The notes beneath the pieces were generated by a model, which was not told the DNA's origin, searched no databases, and saw nothing but the letters and a program-made list of their open reading frames with translations. A DNA stretch of 63,798 nucleotides, counting the filler, from Licmophora abbreviata (taxonomy: Eukaryota), in assembly GCA_900291995.1 (NCBI GenBank). It is 10 parts of 10 records of this genome, joined end to end, with 100 filler letters (N's around TTAATTAATTAA, not from the genome) between each part and the next. Parts side by side here need not be neighbours in the genome. Positions count along the whole stretch, not along the records: positions 43,307 to 51,754 come from OLMU01003287.1; positions 51,855 to 54,741 come from OLMU01003289.1; positions 54,842 to 57,532 come from OLMU01003294.1; positions 57,633 to 63,798 come from OLMU01003295.1; 6 more parts are not named here. One strand, 5' to 3'. Below, one piece after another: positions 46,119-57,685 of this stretch; position 1 is the stretch's first letter; the number at the start of each line of letters is the position of its first letter. The position numbers and the translations under genes are program-made.

Positions 46119-49100
46119 ATGAGCGGTACGACGAGACGGCGCAAGCGTCCCGACAAGGACGCGGCTGTGGTCCCTACTTTACAAGAGGATAGCGATGTGA
46201 CGGAAGGAGAGAAGCTGGCGGAGCAGAATAAGGATGCAGAACCTCGAAAGCCCCGAGGCACCTCCGTGGGCAAGGATGATGCTCCGAACGACCGAAGCCG
46301 TCGGAAGAGCAACCTGGATGGCTACCAGCTCACACCGCTCTGTCAGAGATCGACTTTCGCACGCCACGATGTCGGGTCGTTTCTTGTACTATACGGACTC
46401 TGCCTCTGGATCGATCGCCAGTACGACGTCGCCGACACTACACCCTCAATCCCGTTGGAATGGGCCCACGGGGCGGCTCTGCCACTGATGTTGCTATTTC
46501 ACCTTACAGTGGTCCTCTGGCAGCAATGGAATGTAGCTTTTCAGTGCTGGGTGGGATACTATCGCAAGTCGTCAGCATCCACTCTCGATGCGTGCACGCA
46601 CTGTCTCGTACAGTCGCCTCGCGTGGGAGGCTCACGACATGCTGCCATCGTACCAACGCATCGTCAACGAGATGGACCGGCGTCCGTCGTGGTGGTGGTG
46701 AACTTTCACGACATTGTCTTTCGTGCGGGGGGACAGGACGAAATGGAGGTGCTCTGGGAACAGAATTGTGAAATCGTGCCGGAGGAGAAGAGTAGCGTTC
46801 GTCCTTTGACTCCTCCTCTGCTCTTTCACAAACTCCGATATCCCATTCAGCTTCCCGTGTCCTTCTATTCGCGATGGAGAGGACACATCGCGCTGGTTTC
46901 TGTCAAGAAGTCTCATCAAGTATACGGCTCCAACACGACGCACATTCAGCTACCGCCCTTTATGGAATTGCTTGGACAACAGCTACTGGCTCCCTTCTTC
47001 TTGTTTCAGCTCTTCTGTGTACTCCTATGGAGCTTGGACGAATATTGGTATTACGCCTTGTTCACCCTGTTCGCGTTGGTCATGTTTGAAAGTACCGTGG
47101 CCTACAATCGACTACAAGGCCTCGAACGGCTCCGCGGCACACTACGACATTCGTATCCCATACTTGTCTATCGACACTCGCAATGGATGAGAATCATGAC
47201 TGAAGAACTGGTGCCGGGGGATGTTGTATCATTGTCAGCACGTCCTATTCCGTCCTATAACAACCGGCGACAGACTACACAGTACACGCCCCCGCATGTA
47301 CCGGCCGATATATTGCTACTGCGGGGTGGATCAGCCGTGGTCGATGAGGCACTCTTGACGGGAGAATCCATTCCTCAACTCAAAGTGCCACTGTCAGCCG
47401 AAGCATCGACTGCGCAGGCCGATCCACTGGATGTCGAGAGCGAACATAAATCATCGGTACTGTTTGGCGGGACTGTCTTGGTGAGTCAGGATTCTTCGGA
47501 TAGCGAGAGTGACCTTGACAGCAGTACCCCGACTATCCCACCGCCTCCTGATAGAGGCCTCGTCGGTTTCACACTGCGGACTGGTTTTGATACAGCGCAG
47601 GGTTCCTTATTGCGCACCATGGCTCATTCGTCCCACAAGGCTGCGGATGGCATTCATACGATAGACACCTTTGTCTTTGTTGCCATACTATTGTGTTGCG
47701 CCATTGGGAGTGCCTTAATGGTATTACAAGAGGGATGGTACGATGAGACTCGGAATCGGTTTCGACTGGTGCTTCACGTCATAATCATTGTCACGTCCGT
47801 TGTTCCACCCGAGTTGCCCATGGAACTGTCACTGGCAGTAACCAACAGCGTAGCGGATCTCATGAAACGATGTCATGTCTTCTGCACGGAACCTTTTCGG
47901 ATCCCTTGGGCGGGACAAGTCAATGTGTGTTGTTTTGATAAGACGGGGACGCTTACCAGTGATGAAATGCAACTGCTAGGAGTCGTTCAATGGAAGGAAG
48001 GCGGGACAACCGAGCTGGTTCATCCTTCGGACGAAGGTGGGATGCCATGGTCCACGATACGCGTCATGGCAGCTTGTCATTCATTGGCAGTCGCACCGGG
48101 GAGCAGGGACGAGTCGTCGGACGGCCATTTGATTGGAAATCCTCTGGAGCGTGCCGTGCTACGCGATACTGGATATCGACTACAAAAAAGTGACTCTGTC
48201 GTTACATTGAAAACAACCCAAGGACAACCAAAGAAGATGCAAATTCATCACCGATTTGCCTTTTCTTCTCGGTTGAAACGTATGACTACCCTCGTGACCG
48301 AGGATTCTTCGAAGACTGTCTGGGCGTTGACCAAAGGTGCTCCGGAGACGATCAAGTCGTTTCTGAAACCTGACTCGATTCCAGCGAACTATGACGACGT
48401 TTACACGCAGCACATGGGTCGTGGTCAACGTGTACTCGCCATGGGATATCGAAAGTATGATGGCAGGAGCATATCTGGTTTGAAAGAGGCGGGACGAGAG
48501 CAGATCGAGAAAGACCTGTGCTTCGCCGGCTTCCTGATATTGGACTGCCCTCTCAAGCCCGATTCGAAGGCTGTCATTACAGAGCTGCGAAAAAGTGGCC
48601 ACGACGTTGTTATGATTACTGGCGACGCTGTATTGACGGCAGCGGAGGTTGCTCGACAAGTTGGCATCGTTGCGAAAAAGTCGGTTTCGTACGAGCTGTG
48701 CGAACGACACGATGCCTCTTCGAGCGCGAACCCCTTGGGCTCTTTTTCGTTCGTCCCGATGCCTAGCTCGTCAAAAGCTACTGACGCAGCCCAGGACATT
48801 TCCGTGTCACTTTCTGCATTGCCTGGTTTGAAAGAGATGGTCGAGAAGCGCCAGGCCTCTTTCTGTGCGTCCGGCTCGGTTCTCGCCAGATTGTCGATCG
48901 CAGCCATTCAGGCTCGCCAACAGCGTGGCGGACAAAATTCTGACGCTGGTCCATTGGACGAAAAGAATGCTTTGCTTCACTCTGCTGCGCAAGCTCTTCT
49001 GAAGGATGTGGTTCCCATGATTTCTGTATTCGCTAGACATGCACCTCACCAAAAGGAAGCTGTCGTGGCGGCGTTCAACCTGGGCGATCGACACACGCTG

Positions 49101-50205
49101 ATGTGTGGCGACGGTACGAACGATGTGGGAGCGCTGAAACGGGCCCACGTTGGAATTTCTATCATTTCTGCTCCAGAGCTGGAAGCCAAAGAGCGCAAGG
49201 CTACTGCCGCACTCGCGGATCTCAAAGCAGGCGAGAAACGCGAGCGCAAAGCTCGAAAGGAAGGAAGAAGCAGCAACAAGTCCTCTTCTAAAAAGGCGAA
49301 ACGGGCTTCGACATTAGAATCTACAATGAGGACAGTTACAGGAGGCCCAAGAAGAGCTGGATCATGTGGAATTGGGCGATGCGTCTGTCGCGTCTCCTTT
49401 TACGTCTCGTGCCATGAGCATCAAATGCTGCAAGGACGTGCTGCAGCAGGGCCGTTGCACACTGGTGACCATGCTACAGATTTACAAGATTCTTGGGGTG
49501 AATTGCCTAGTCAATGCCCTCGTGTTGACCAAGCTACACATGCACGGGGTCAAGCAAGGCGATCGTCAACTGACCATTCTGGGTGTCGCCGTCGCGGCGC
49601 TATTCCTCTTTGTCACTCGAGGCAAACCGTTACCAACGTTGTCACCCCGTCGCCCGCCATCATCTGTACTCTGCACCCAAGCCCTGGTTTCCCTGGCAGC
49701 TCAGTTCGCCATACACTTCGTAGCCATCATGCTGGCGACCGACGCTGCGCTTGCCTTTGTCGATCCGTACGATCCCAGCATGATACCCGACGGTTCCTTC
49801 AACCCGAACGTGCTCAACACGTGCACATTTCTAGTAACCATGGTGGCAACCGTTACTACCTTTGTCGTCAACTACCGCGGACGACCGTTTGTGGAAGACT
49901 TCAAGGAAAACAAGGCCCTTCTACGCTCGGTGCAGCTTTGTTATGGCGTGTTGTTTGTTTGTGCGCTGGAAGTATTTCCGCCGTTGAACGATTTACTGCA
50001 GCTGTCGCCCTTTCCGGATGTGGAAAGCCTGTCGGGACCCGAGGTCGCCGACGACGAGTGGGTGAGCAGCATCACGCAAGCTGGGGGCCTCACTGGCCTT
50101 GTCCTAGCTGTCGGGTTTCCAACGGCCATGACCGTTCTCATGGTTGCCGACGTATTGCTTGCCTATGTGACCGAAAAGACTATTGTCCGCATATTCGAAG
50201 GATAG
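46119..50205 (+). CDS. ATP13A1: P5A-type ATPase (ATP13A1/Spf1), apparent +1 frameshift at ~49330
   Basis: PFFLFQLFCVLLWSLDEYWYY, LTGES, VPPELPMEL, CFDKTGTLT, MITGD, MCGDGTNDVGALK. Removing one base gives MRQLQEAQEELDHVELGDASVASPFTS...QGRCTLVT. Confidence 0.95.
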
Positions 50206-50367
50206 TCTAGCTACACTTTATAGAAAGGAATGAGAATATTTAATGGAGACTAGAGTACTGTAGTATTTTCTACAACCATCACATCATCAACAAAGTGTGA
50301 ATGTTTCTAGCACGACGGTGTACACCACACAATGCTATCCGCTGCCCTCGAGCGCTCTCATACTAGT

Positions 50368-51492
50368 CTACTGGCCCTTCTTTTGTTCGACCGCATCATC
50401 GGCAATGACTCCTCCTTCATCCGGCCCTGTCTTCATCCTCTTGACTCGGCTGTAGGGCAGAATCTTGGAATTGAAAATGTACTGAAATATCACAACAACG
50501 TAGCTCTTGTGGACCTTGAGCGGCTCGTAGAATTCCGCCGCAATGCGACGAACTTCAGGAAGCCTGCATCCAGGAACGTAGGGGAAGTCATGGTGTTCAT
50601 TGTGATAACCCACATTGAAGGTAAAGAGGTTGCAAATGCCATAGTAGGAGTAGGTCTCCTGCTCGTCTCCCGGAAAGACGTAGTGTTCGGCGATAAAGTG
50701 ACCTGCCACTGGATGCAGGCCTCCTCCAAAGAGGGATGCGATCAACAAGTAAAAGACGGCCGACGGACCCAGAGTGCTCAAGAGAATGGCATCGACAATC
50801 AGGCAAACGAGAACGTTGGTGCCCGTCCAGGAGTCTGGGTTTTTGGCATTTACAAACATGGGACGCACAGCGTAAAAGACAAGCTGAAAGCAAACAAAGA
50901 GGAACTTGGAGACGCAGTTGCGTATGAGTCTGGCTTCTGTTGGAGTCGGGATATCGACGTCAATGCCTTGGACGCCCTGGTACTTGTGATGGTCCATGTG
51001 GTAGCGCTTGAAGGTAATGGCGCTGGGGATGATGAGGGGCAAGTTCGCAAAGATGCTGTACCACTTGTTGAGCGCCGGCTTTTTGAATCCGAGATTGTGT
51101 GCCAGCTCGTGCATGGCGAGAAAGAGAGCATGATTGCAGGTGCCCCCGATCCAGTAGGCAGCCAGAAAAAAGACAAAGTTGGAGTACTGCGCCTGCTGGG
51201 TGAACTGGTGCCGGAACAGGTAGGCCATGCCGAACTGGGCAAAGACGACGCCTGCGATCTTGTATTTGAGCAAGACGTCGATTCCATAGAGTTTCTTGAT
51301 TTCGGGATACTTGTTCAGAATTGCCTTGCGGCGAGAGGCGTGAGGTTCATCCGTCGCCGACCAAAGAAAGTCCTCCGGTCGTGCATTCGTCCACGGCGTC
51401 GTTTTCTCTCTGCTGCTCGTCAGCAGTGTCGACTTGCTTGGCGACGCCGGCGTGTCTGCCAGCTTGCTACTGCGATCTCCTCCTTTGCCCAT
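50368..51492 (-). CDS. DEGS: Sphingolipid delta-4 desaturase / C4-hydroxylase
   Basis: DFLWSATDEPHASRRKAIL and the three His boxes HELAH, HMDHH and HNEHH. Confidence 0.97.
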   Translation of the reverse strand: MGKGGDRSSKLADTPASPSKSTLLTSSREKTTPWTNARPEDFLWSATDEPHASRRKAILNKYPEIKKLYGIDVLLKYKIAGVVFAQFGMAYLFRHQFTQQAQYSNFVFFLAAYWIGGTCNHALFLAMHELAHNLGFKKPALNKWYSIFANLPLIIPSAITFKRYHMDHHKYQGVQGIDVDIPTPTEARLIRNCVSKFLFVCFQLVFYAVRPMFVNAKNPDSWTGTNVLVCLIVDAILLSTLGPSAVFYLLIASLFGGGLHPVAGHFIAEHYVFPGDEQETYSYYGICNLFTFNVGYHNEHHDFPYVPGCRLPEVRRIAAEFYEPLKVHKSYVVVIFQYIFNSKILPYSRVKRMKTGPDEGGVIADDAVEQKKGQ

Positions 51493-51754
51493 TGTTTCTT
51501 TCGATTTGACCAGAACAGCAACAAAAAACACCCTCCTGGAGAGAGAGAGAGATGAGCAGTTTGACTACGCTATGATACTCGTATCGTACGACTTGTAGTT
51601 CGTCGTGGTCACCCGCCGATCAAGCTGGTTCGGATTTGTCTACGTGGTCTCATCGATCGTGGAAGGTGGCGAGCGTACCTGGCAGTATCGCTGCTACGCA
51701 CATACCACCTACAGTACCTACCAGTACAGTTTCTACGGCAGGGCTGGCGAATAC

Positions 51755-51854
51755 NNNNNNNNNNNNNNNNNNNNNNNNNNNNNNNNNNNNNNNNNNNNTT
51801 AATTAATTAANNNNNNNNNNNNNNNNNNNNNNNNNNNNNNNNNNNNNNNNNNNN
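51755..51854. other. Artificial assembly spacer
   Basis: Same 100-nt linker. Confidence 0.97.
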
Positions 51855-52524
51855 AAGAGAGCACGAAAATGTGGTGAGCCAAGAGTTCAACTTGCTTTCT
51901 CTAGTGATAGATAGATACCTTGCTGCTTGTTTCCAAGCACAGCAAAGAAGCTTGCTGCTTCATAGAGTCGACTTACCCTAGCTTGTTTTGGATCGCTGCT
52001 GAATAGATATTGTGAGACCACACCGTGTGGTTTTTCCGATGGACCGAAGAGTCGTAAGTTCACCGGGTTGTTTCCTAGCTGGTGATAGCCATTGAGATTT
52101 GTCATTCCTGCTCAGACGCACGATTGATTCGACGGCACATAAGTAATCGATGACCCATCGCATAACTGACTTCACAATGAGTGTTCTCAAGAATATGTCA
52201 CTGACATTTTGACTTGTCGGAGTGTCACAATAGAGAGCAAGATAGCCCTTCACCCTAATCACCATGTACCGGTACCGGTAAGATTTTATGTGAGCACGGG
52301 CGGATAACAGGTAGTTCAGCCCGGCCTCGCGTCGCTTTGACACGATGAATGTGCTACTGTCCACTCTAGACTATCGGTGCCTGTACGTACTCCCATGCAC
52401 CAAGCAAAAGCTATGACGTGGGGGCAATACACAGACGATGCCCTCTACAGAGCAGTAGCAAGATCTCTCATGTACTAATTAGCGTAAACCGGGAGCAAAG
52501 CGCAACCGCATCAATAGCCGTAGA

Positions 52525-54714
52525 CTAGGACTTCGCTTGAGTCATCCACGCCGGCAAGTTGGACACACCACGGCGCCCCGAATCCTTAGCTACCGGAGCA
52601 GGAGGCGGAGGTGGCTGCTGTCCGCCAAACGGTGGTGGAGGTGGACCACCAGGATGTGGAAAGTTGGGCGGAGCCGCAAAGTTTGGTGGAGGCGGCGGCA
52701 GGTTCCCGGGACGCGGCGGGGGTGGCATGTTCGCGAGCGGCGGCGGTGGTGGCCGCTGCGGCGGCGGAGGTTGCTGCCAGCCACCAGTCGCCTGCATAGC
52801 TGCAGCAGTTGCGACAGGAGGAGCAACTCCCCATCCGGCTTGTGCGGCGACCGGAACTGGTACGTTTAGCGGGGGCTGAGGTGTCCATGCTGGAGCAGCC
52901 GGAGCAGCAGGGGGAGCGACAGGCTTGGCACCCCAGCGCGAAGGACGACTGGGTGCAGCCGGTGGTGCTGTATTGACAACCTCTGATGGTACGGAGGCCG
53001 CCGTACTGACGCTCGTGGCGGAGCGAATCGAAGCCGCCGAAGTGGTGGCGCGTGGGTTCTTCTTAAAGTCGTTCAGTAGTCGGTCCAGGTTCGGGTAAGT
53101 CGAACCTCTCCACAGAAAACCTTTTGGAGAAAGCGCAATGGTATGGAACCTGGGAGACGAGGACATAATGTAGCGCAGCCACACATAGCCGGGGTGCAAC
53201 TCCTGCCAGCAAAGAAAGTAAAACATACCAGCTGGTGTATCACTTTTCAGCGCTCGGAGCTTGTCGTCCACCTCCTCCTCAGGTAGATCGAGGAACTTTC
53301 GATGATGAGTCAAAGCCTCGGCATGATCATTCATGGGAGCAATGAAGCGCCCAAGGAGCTCATCAATACTACCATAAGTCTCACCCTAAATTTCAAAAAA
53401 ATCGTTAGTATGAACTGTCGTGCCAACAAATGAAAAAAAATCCAATTCAACACGTACCTTGATCTTCAATGTGTTGCCGATGCTTGCATCCGTGTCCTTG
53501 TCTTCTTCATTCACTTCGATTACTTTGATAGTCCTGGCCCTGACCACCCAATGGATCGCGAGAGAGTCAGCCGACTTGCTGCTCGGCCGAATGAGCGCCT
53601 CGCCGACCATGGATTCGCCACCTTCGCGCAGCTCCCTGTCGACTTCCTCATGCTTGGCATTCCTAAAGGCTGGGTGTGCGCATGCCCTGCGGGTAACTCG
53701 GCCGGTGCGCATCGATGTCTGACCTCCGTTCTCATCGTCGCCAACCTTCGCCGAGCCGAAACTAAGCTGCATGGAAGCTAGACGAGCTTCGCGGTCTTTG
53801 CTCTTTTCCTGCTCAATTTGAATAGCGGAAATCTGGTCAAAGTGCGAGTCGAGAGGACGGAGACTAGGCGGACGATCCCACGATGATTGTAGTTTCCGAA
53901 AGTCTTCCATTCGCAAACTCATGTCGACAGAAAGATGATCCTTTTTCACCTCAGTAACCACTGCAGTGACGATAGCGCCTGCGTTCACAATGTCTTCTGC
54001 CGCCTCGACGTGCTCGTCCGCCAAATTCCGCATGGGAATGAAAGCTGGAACGTCCCCTTCGAGCTTGACCCTGGATCCGAAGTCTCCGTTGGCTACAACC
54101 TTGCCAGTGACCTCCTTTCCAGGCCTCATTGTCTGGTCTGTCTCCCCTGTGAGCAAACGGAACAACTTGTCACCGGTCAAAGGCTCCATCGGCTTTCTCG
54201 GATCTGCAAACGGCTGTCGGAACTCCCACTTGATCATCTGGAGATGTGAAAGCCAGTTTCCGTGACCTTGTTGTTCGAGAATTCCGGCGAACGTCTCCAG
54301 ATCGAGCTCCTCCACTTTGTCTGTCCATGCGGTGATCGGGACAGTTTGAGTATCCCAGGCAGCAACATTGAAGGTTGGCCCATAGTGCGTCTCCCACTCT
54401 TCTTTGGTGGCCTTGAAAAGTCTCTCGACTTCATTTCGTGAATCTTCCATTACGTCGTTCAGGGCTGTGATTGCGATCGCCTCTTTGTCTGCTGCTTTTC
54501 CTTCGTCTTCGATGCGTTCCAGAGCGTCGATCGCAATTTTTGCGGCCCAGTTGTAACGGATGTACACATCTGGATGCAAACGAGTATTGTCAAGTGGGTG
54601 GACAAATTGGTCTGAAAGTTGCTCAATATCGCGAATTCTCAGGAAGCCAGCAGAGTTATTGTAAACGATTGGTCCCATCAGACGTTTCGCGAGCAACGTC
54701 TTCCGACTGGGCAC
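52525..54714 (-). CDS. SPT6: Transcription elongation factor SPT6, C-terminal part (HhH, S1, tandem SH2, Pro-rich tail); intron 53457-53386; 5' part missing
   Basis: MGPIVYNNSAGFLRI, PLDNTRLHP, FRLLTGET, S1 domain, HPAFRN...GEALIRPSSK, YGSIDELLGRFIAPM. Confidence 0.93.
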
Positions 54715-54741
54715 AACTCCTCTCTATGGGCAGTCGGTGAT

Positions 54742-54841
54742 NNNNNNNNNNNNNNNNNNNNNNNNNNNNNNNNNNNNNNNNNNNNTTAATTAATTAANNN
54801 NNNNNNNNNNNNNNNNNNNNNNNNNNNNNNNNNNNNNNNNN
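54742..54841. other. Artificial assembly spacer (large hidden gap or non-contiguous join)
   Basis: Linker between truncated SPT6 and the start of an unrelated gene. Confidence 0.95.
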
Positions 54842-54842
54842 A

Positions 54843-56887
54843 ATGGCATTCCTTGCCTTGGTCATTATTGCCATGGGTCTAGTGTCCACCAGCAGCCATT
54901 TCAAGCGCGTGAGCGAAGATCAGCTCGCTGCTCCTACGCGAGAGCTACAGGAGTGCGCCGACAATCCCAGAAGAACGTTCGGAGGGAATCCAACCGTAAA
55001 CAACTGTCAAGAACTATCGGAGCTCCGCCCCCGGGGCAGGATTCGGAGGCTCTGCAGTACCTACCGCCAATTGAGAGTGAGTTGTCCTTTAACCTGTGAA
55101 GAGTGCGAGGTTCCTTCCACCCCGCGCCCTACCCCGGCACCGAAAACCCCGCGTCCCACACCGACCCCGCGTCCCACACCGACCCCACGTCCCACACCGA
55201 CCGCGCGCCTGATGACCCCTGACCCCACCAAGAACCCCACGCCAATGCCTACCAAGAACCCAACCCCGATGCCTACCAAGGACCCAACCCCAGGAACCCC
55301 GATTCCCACCAAGAACCCCACCCCGATGCCTACCAAGAACCCTACCCCGGGAACACCGATTCCCACCAAGAACCCCACCCCGATGCCTACCAAGAACCCA
55401 ACCCCAGGAACCCCGATTCCCACCAAGAACCCCACCCCGATGCCTACCGAGAACCCCACGCCAATGCCTACCAAGAACCCCACCCCGATTCCCACCAAGA
55501 ACCCTACCCCAATGCCTACCAAGAACCCCACCCCGATGCCTACCAAGAACCCCACTCCGGGAACCCCGATTCCCACCAAGAACCCTACCCCAATGCCTAC
55601 CAAGAACCCCACCCCGATGCCTACCAAGAACCCCACCCCGGGAACCCCGGCACCCACCCCGGCTCCCTGTTTTGTCTCCCACGAAACCTCCGACTCTACC
55701 TCCGACAGGCGTGGTCATTCCCAACCCGGACGGTCCTAATGGTTGCTGGGAAAGTACTTCGGCGGCGACGCTCTTAGACGTCCAGCTGATCATTGGTGAT
55801 GAATTGGACGTCAGTGTAACTCGCATCTATGAATTCTGTCCCGGTACCACCGTGTTTATTGGAACACTCACGTTCGACGGTGGGTTTTTTGGAAATCTTC
55901 CCGAACTCACTGGAGGAGATCTCCCCTTCCTTGTGTTGAATCCAAACGTGCATATTCGGTGTGGCTCCTCGGGAGATGTGAATGACGCGTGCGTCTTCAA
56001 CGGAGGGACTGAACATATTGCCACTCAACAGGATAGAACTTTGATCGATGCTGCCTTTCCATTCCTTGGGCCGCTTTTTGGCGTTGACCTTCCACCCATT
56101 CCAGATGATTACACGCCTGATTCATCGAATTTGATTGTTGAAGGAATTACGTTCTTGAGGGCAGCCGATAGAAACGGTGATGGCGAAGAGCATTCACCGG
56201 TGAATCTTCCAGGGCCAGGTCAAAACATGTTGATCAAAGACTGCGTCTTTCTCAACAGCGGGAAAGATAGCGGGACTGTAGCATACAGTGCAATTGGTTT
56301 GAAACGCTACCCCAGTGCGCAGGTGACTAGCAACCCCTACAGCAGTCTCGTCGTTTTGAACACAATATTCAAGGTACGCGATTTACCAGTACAGTTTCTT
56401 GCTTTGAATGGGAAACAGCGACATTTCTCCTCTCACTTTGTCTTTCTTTGCATGACCATAGGGCAATGAATTTAGCAACGGCGTTATTACCACTACGTAT
56501 GCTGGAAACGATGGCCAGAACAACAATCCAAACCGTATTCGTCTCACCGTGTTGGACTGTTTCTTCGACGAGAACACGGTTTCGGGTCCAGCAAAGAATC
56601 TTGCCATTATCAATGCAGAAATCCACACGAGACTAAACGTGGAAGGTTCCTGTTTCAACGGCAATAGCATCTCTTCAAGCGGCTCGCTTGTGGAGGCGGC
56701 GGTAGTGTCAAGCAAGGACGGCATTCTGAACGTAAAGGAATTGTATGGATCCGGAAATTCCATTCCGGGGACCGCGACCTGTGATGACATTGCCTTTTAT
56801 GAGATCAACCCGAATAATTTCAACATCCGGAAGGCAAGGACGGAATGTACGGCGTTCGACGGCACTACGTGCACGCTGGACGCGTAG
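54843..56887 (+). CDS. Secreted protein: signal peptide, Cys-rich ShK-like module, PT-repeat stalk and C-terminal beta-helix-like domain; +1 frameshift ~55665; intron 56374-56461
   Basis: Hydrophobic N-terminus, [14 protein letters not shown], (PTKNPTPM)n, then [17 protein letters not shown]...[28 protein letters not shown]. Confidence 0.8.
55116..55661 (+). repeat. Coding tandem repeat, PTKNPTP(M/I/GTPI) units of about 24-33 nt
   Basis: Many copies of CC(T/C)ACCAAGAACCC(C/A/T)ACCCC. Confidence 0.95.
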
Positions 56888-57532
56888 GAGTTGGTTCGAT
56901 CGCTAGGTCGTGTGCCACGGTAACAGTGACTGGTGGTGACACGGAAGCTTTGCAGAACCTTGCATTTAGTATTTGTTTTATATAGTTGGTATCCTATGTA
57001 TGAGGCTAAGAGTTGGTTCCGTATGCGCTCTACACAATCTCAATGTTGTTAGTCGACGGATCATCGACAAGGTACGCTTCGCTATCAGTATGCATACTCG
57101 CTCTTTCAGTACGGTACTGTGAAGATAGCTGGGTCAAGATAGAGCTAAGCGGGGCTGCTTGCGGTGCTTGAGACGACGCTTGTGAGCCAGACATCGAGCA
57201 TGTACGTCAGCAGCCTCTGTCGGGCTGTGTGAGCTACCTGGTATGCCACATCCCAGTCATAGAATGTCGACAGTATCGACAGTCTTGCAGTTGCGATCCA
57301 TAGAGATAGTCTAGTCACTAGTGTAGCTAACGTTAAGACGAGCGAGTTATGACTCACTCGACTACTTCGTGGCGCAAGCGAAAACATGAAAAAAGAAGCT
57401 GTTGCTGGGTACCGACACTGCTCCGGAACGGCCGTTTCTTCTCCGCACCATGGCTGAACTGGAACCCTTCGATGGCGATGGCGATGGCGATGGCGATGGC
57501 GATGAAGTCTCGGATGGTCCTGATGAGAGGCC

Positions 57533-57632
57533 NNNNNNNNNNNNNNNNNNNNNNNNNNNNNNNNNNNNNNNNNNNNTTAATTAATTAANNNNNNNNNNNN
57601 NNNNNNNNNNNNNNNNNNNNNNNNNNNNNNNN
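57533..57632. other. Artificial assembly spacer with haplotype-divergent overlapping flanks
   Basis: About 120-135 nt are duplicated on both sides, with SNPs and a different (GATGGC)n length. Confidence 0.93.
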
Positions 57633-57685
57633 AGCTGATGCTGGGTGCCGACAGTGCTCCGGAACGGCCGTTTCTTCTCCGCACC

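Noticed and set aside
49320..49340. Programmed frameshift or pseudogene in the P5A ATPase
   Set aside because: No slippery heptamer is present and the gene is otherwise intact, so a sequencing indel is more parsimonious.
50332..51555. 407-aa plus-strand ORF
   Set aside because: Antisense to DEGS with no recognisable motifs. The same applies to 17536-18474, 27105-27971 and 4554-5234.
51855..52500. Short ORFs and a possible transposon fragment downstream of SPT6
   Set aside because: No transposase or RT motifs, terminal repeats or second copy seen.
52537..52888. Gly-rich and Arg-rich ORFs overlapping the SPT6 3' end
   Set aside because: Alternative-frame and antisense reads of the Pro-rich SPT6 tail.
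55061..55826. Minus-strand ORFs with VGIGVGFL and GGVLGRH repeats, and a CRISPR-like appearance
   Set aside because: Antisense shadows of the PT-repeat coding region; there are no unique spacers and no cas genes.
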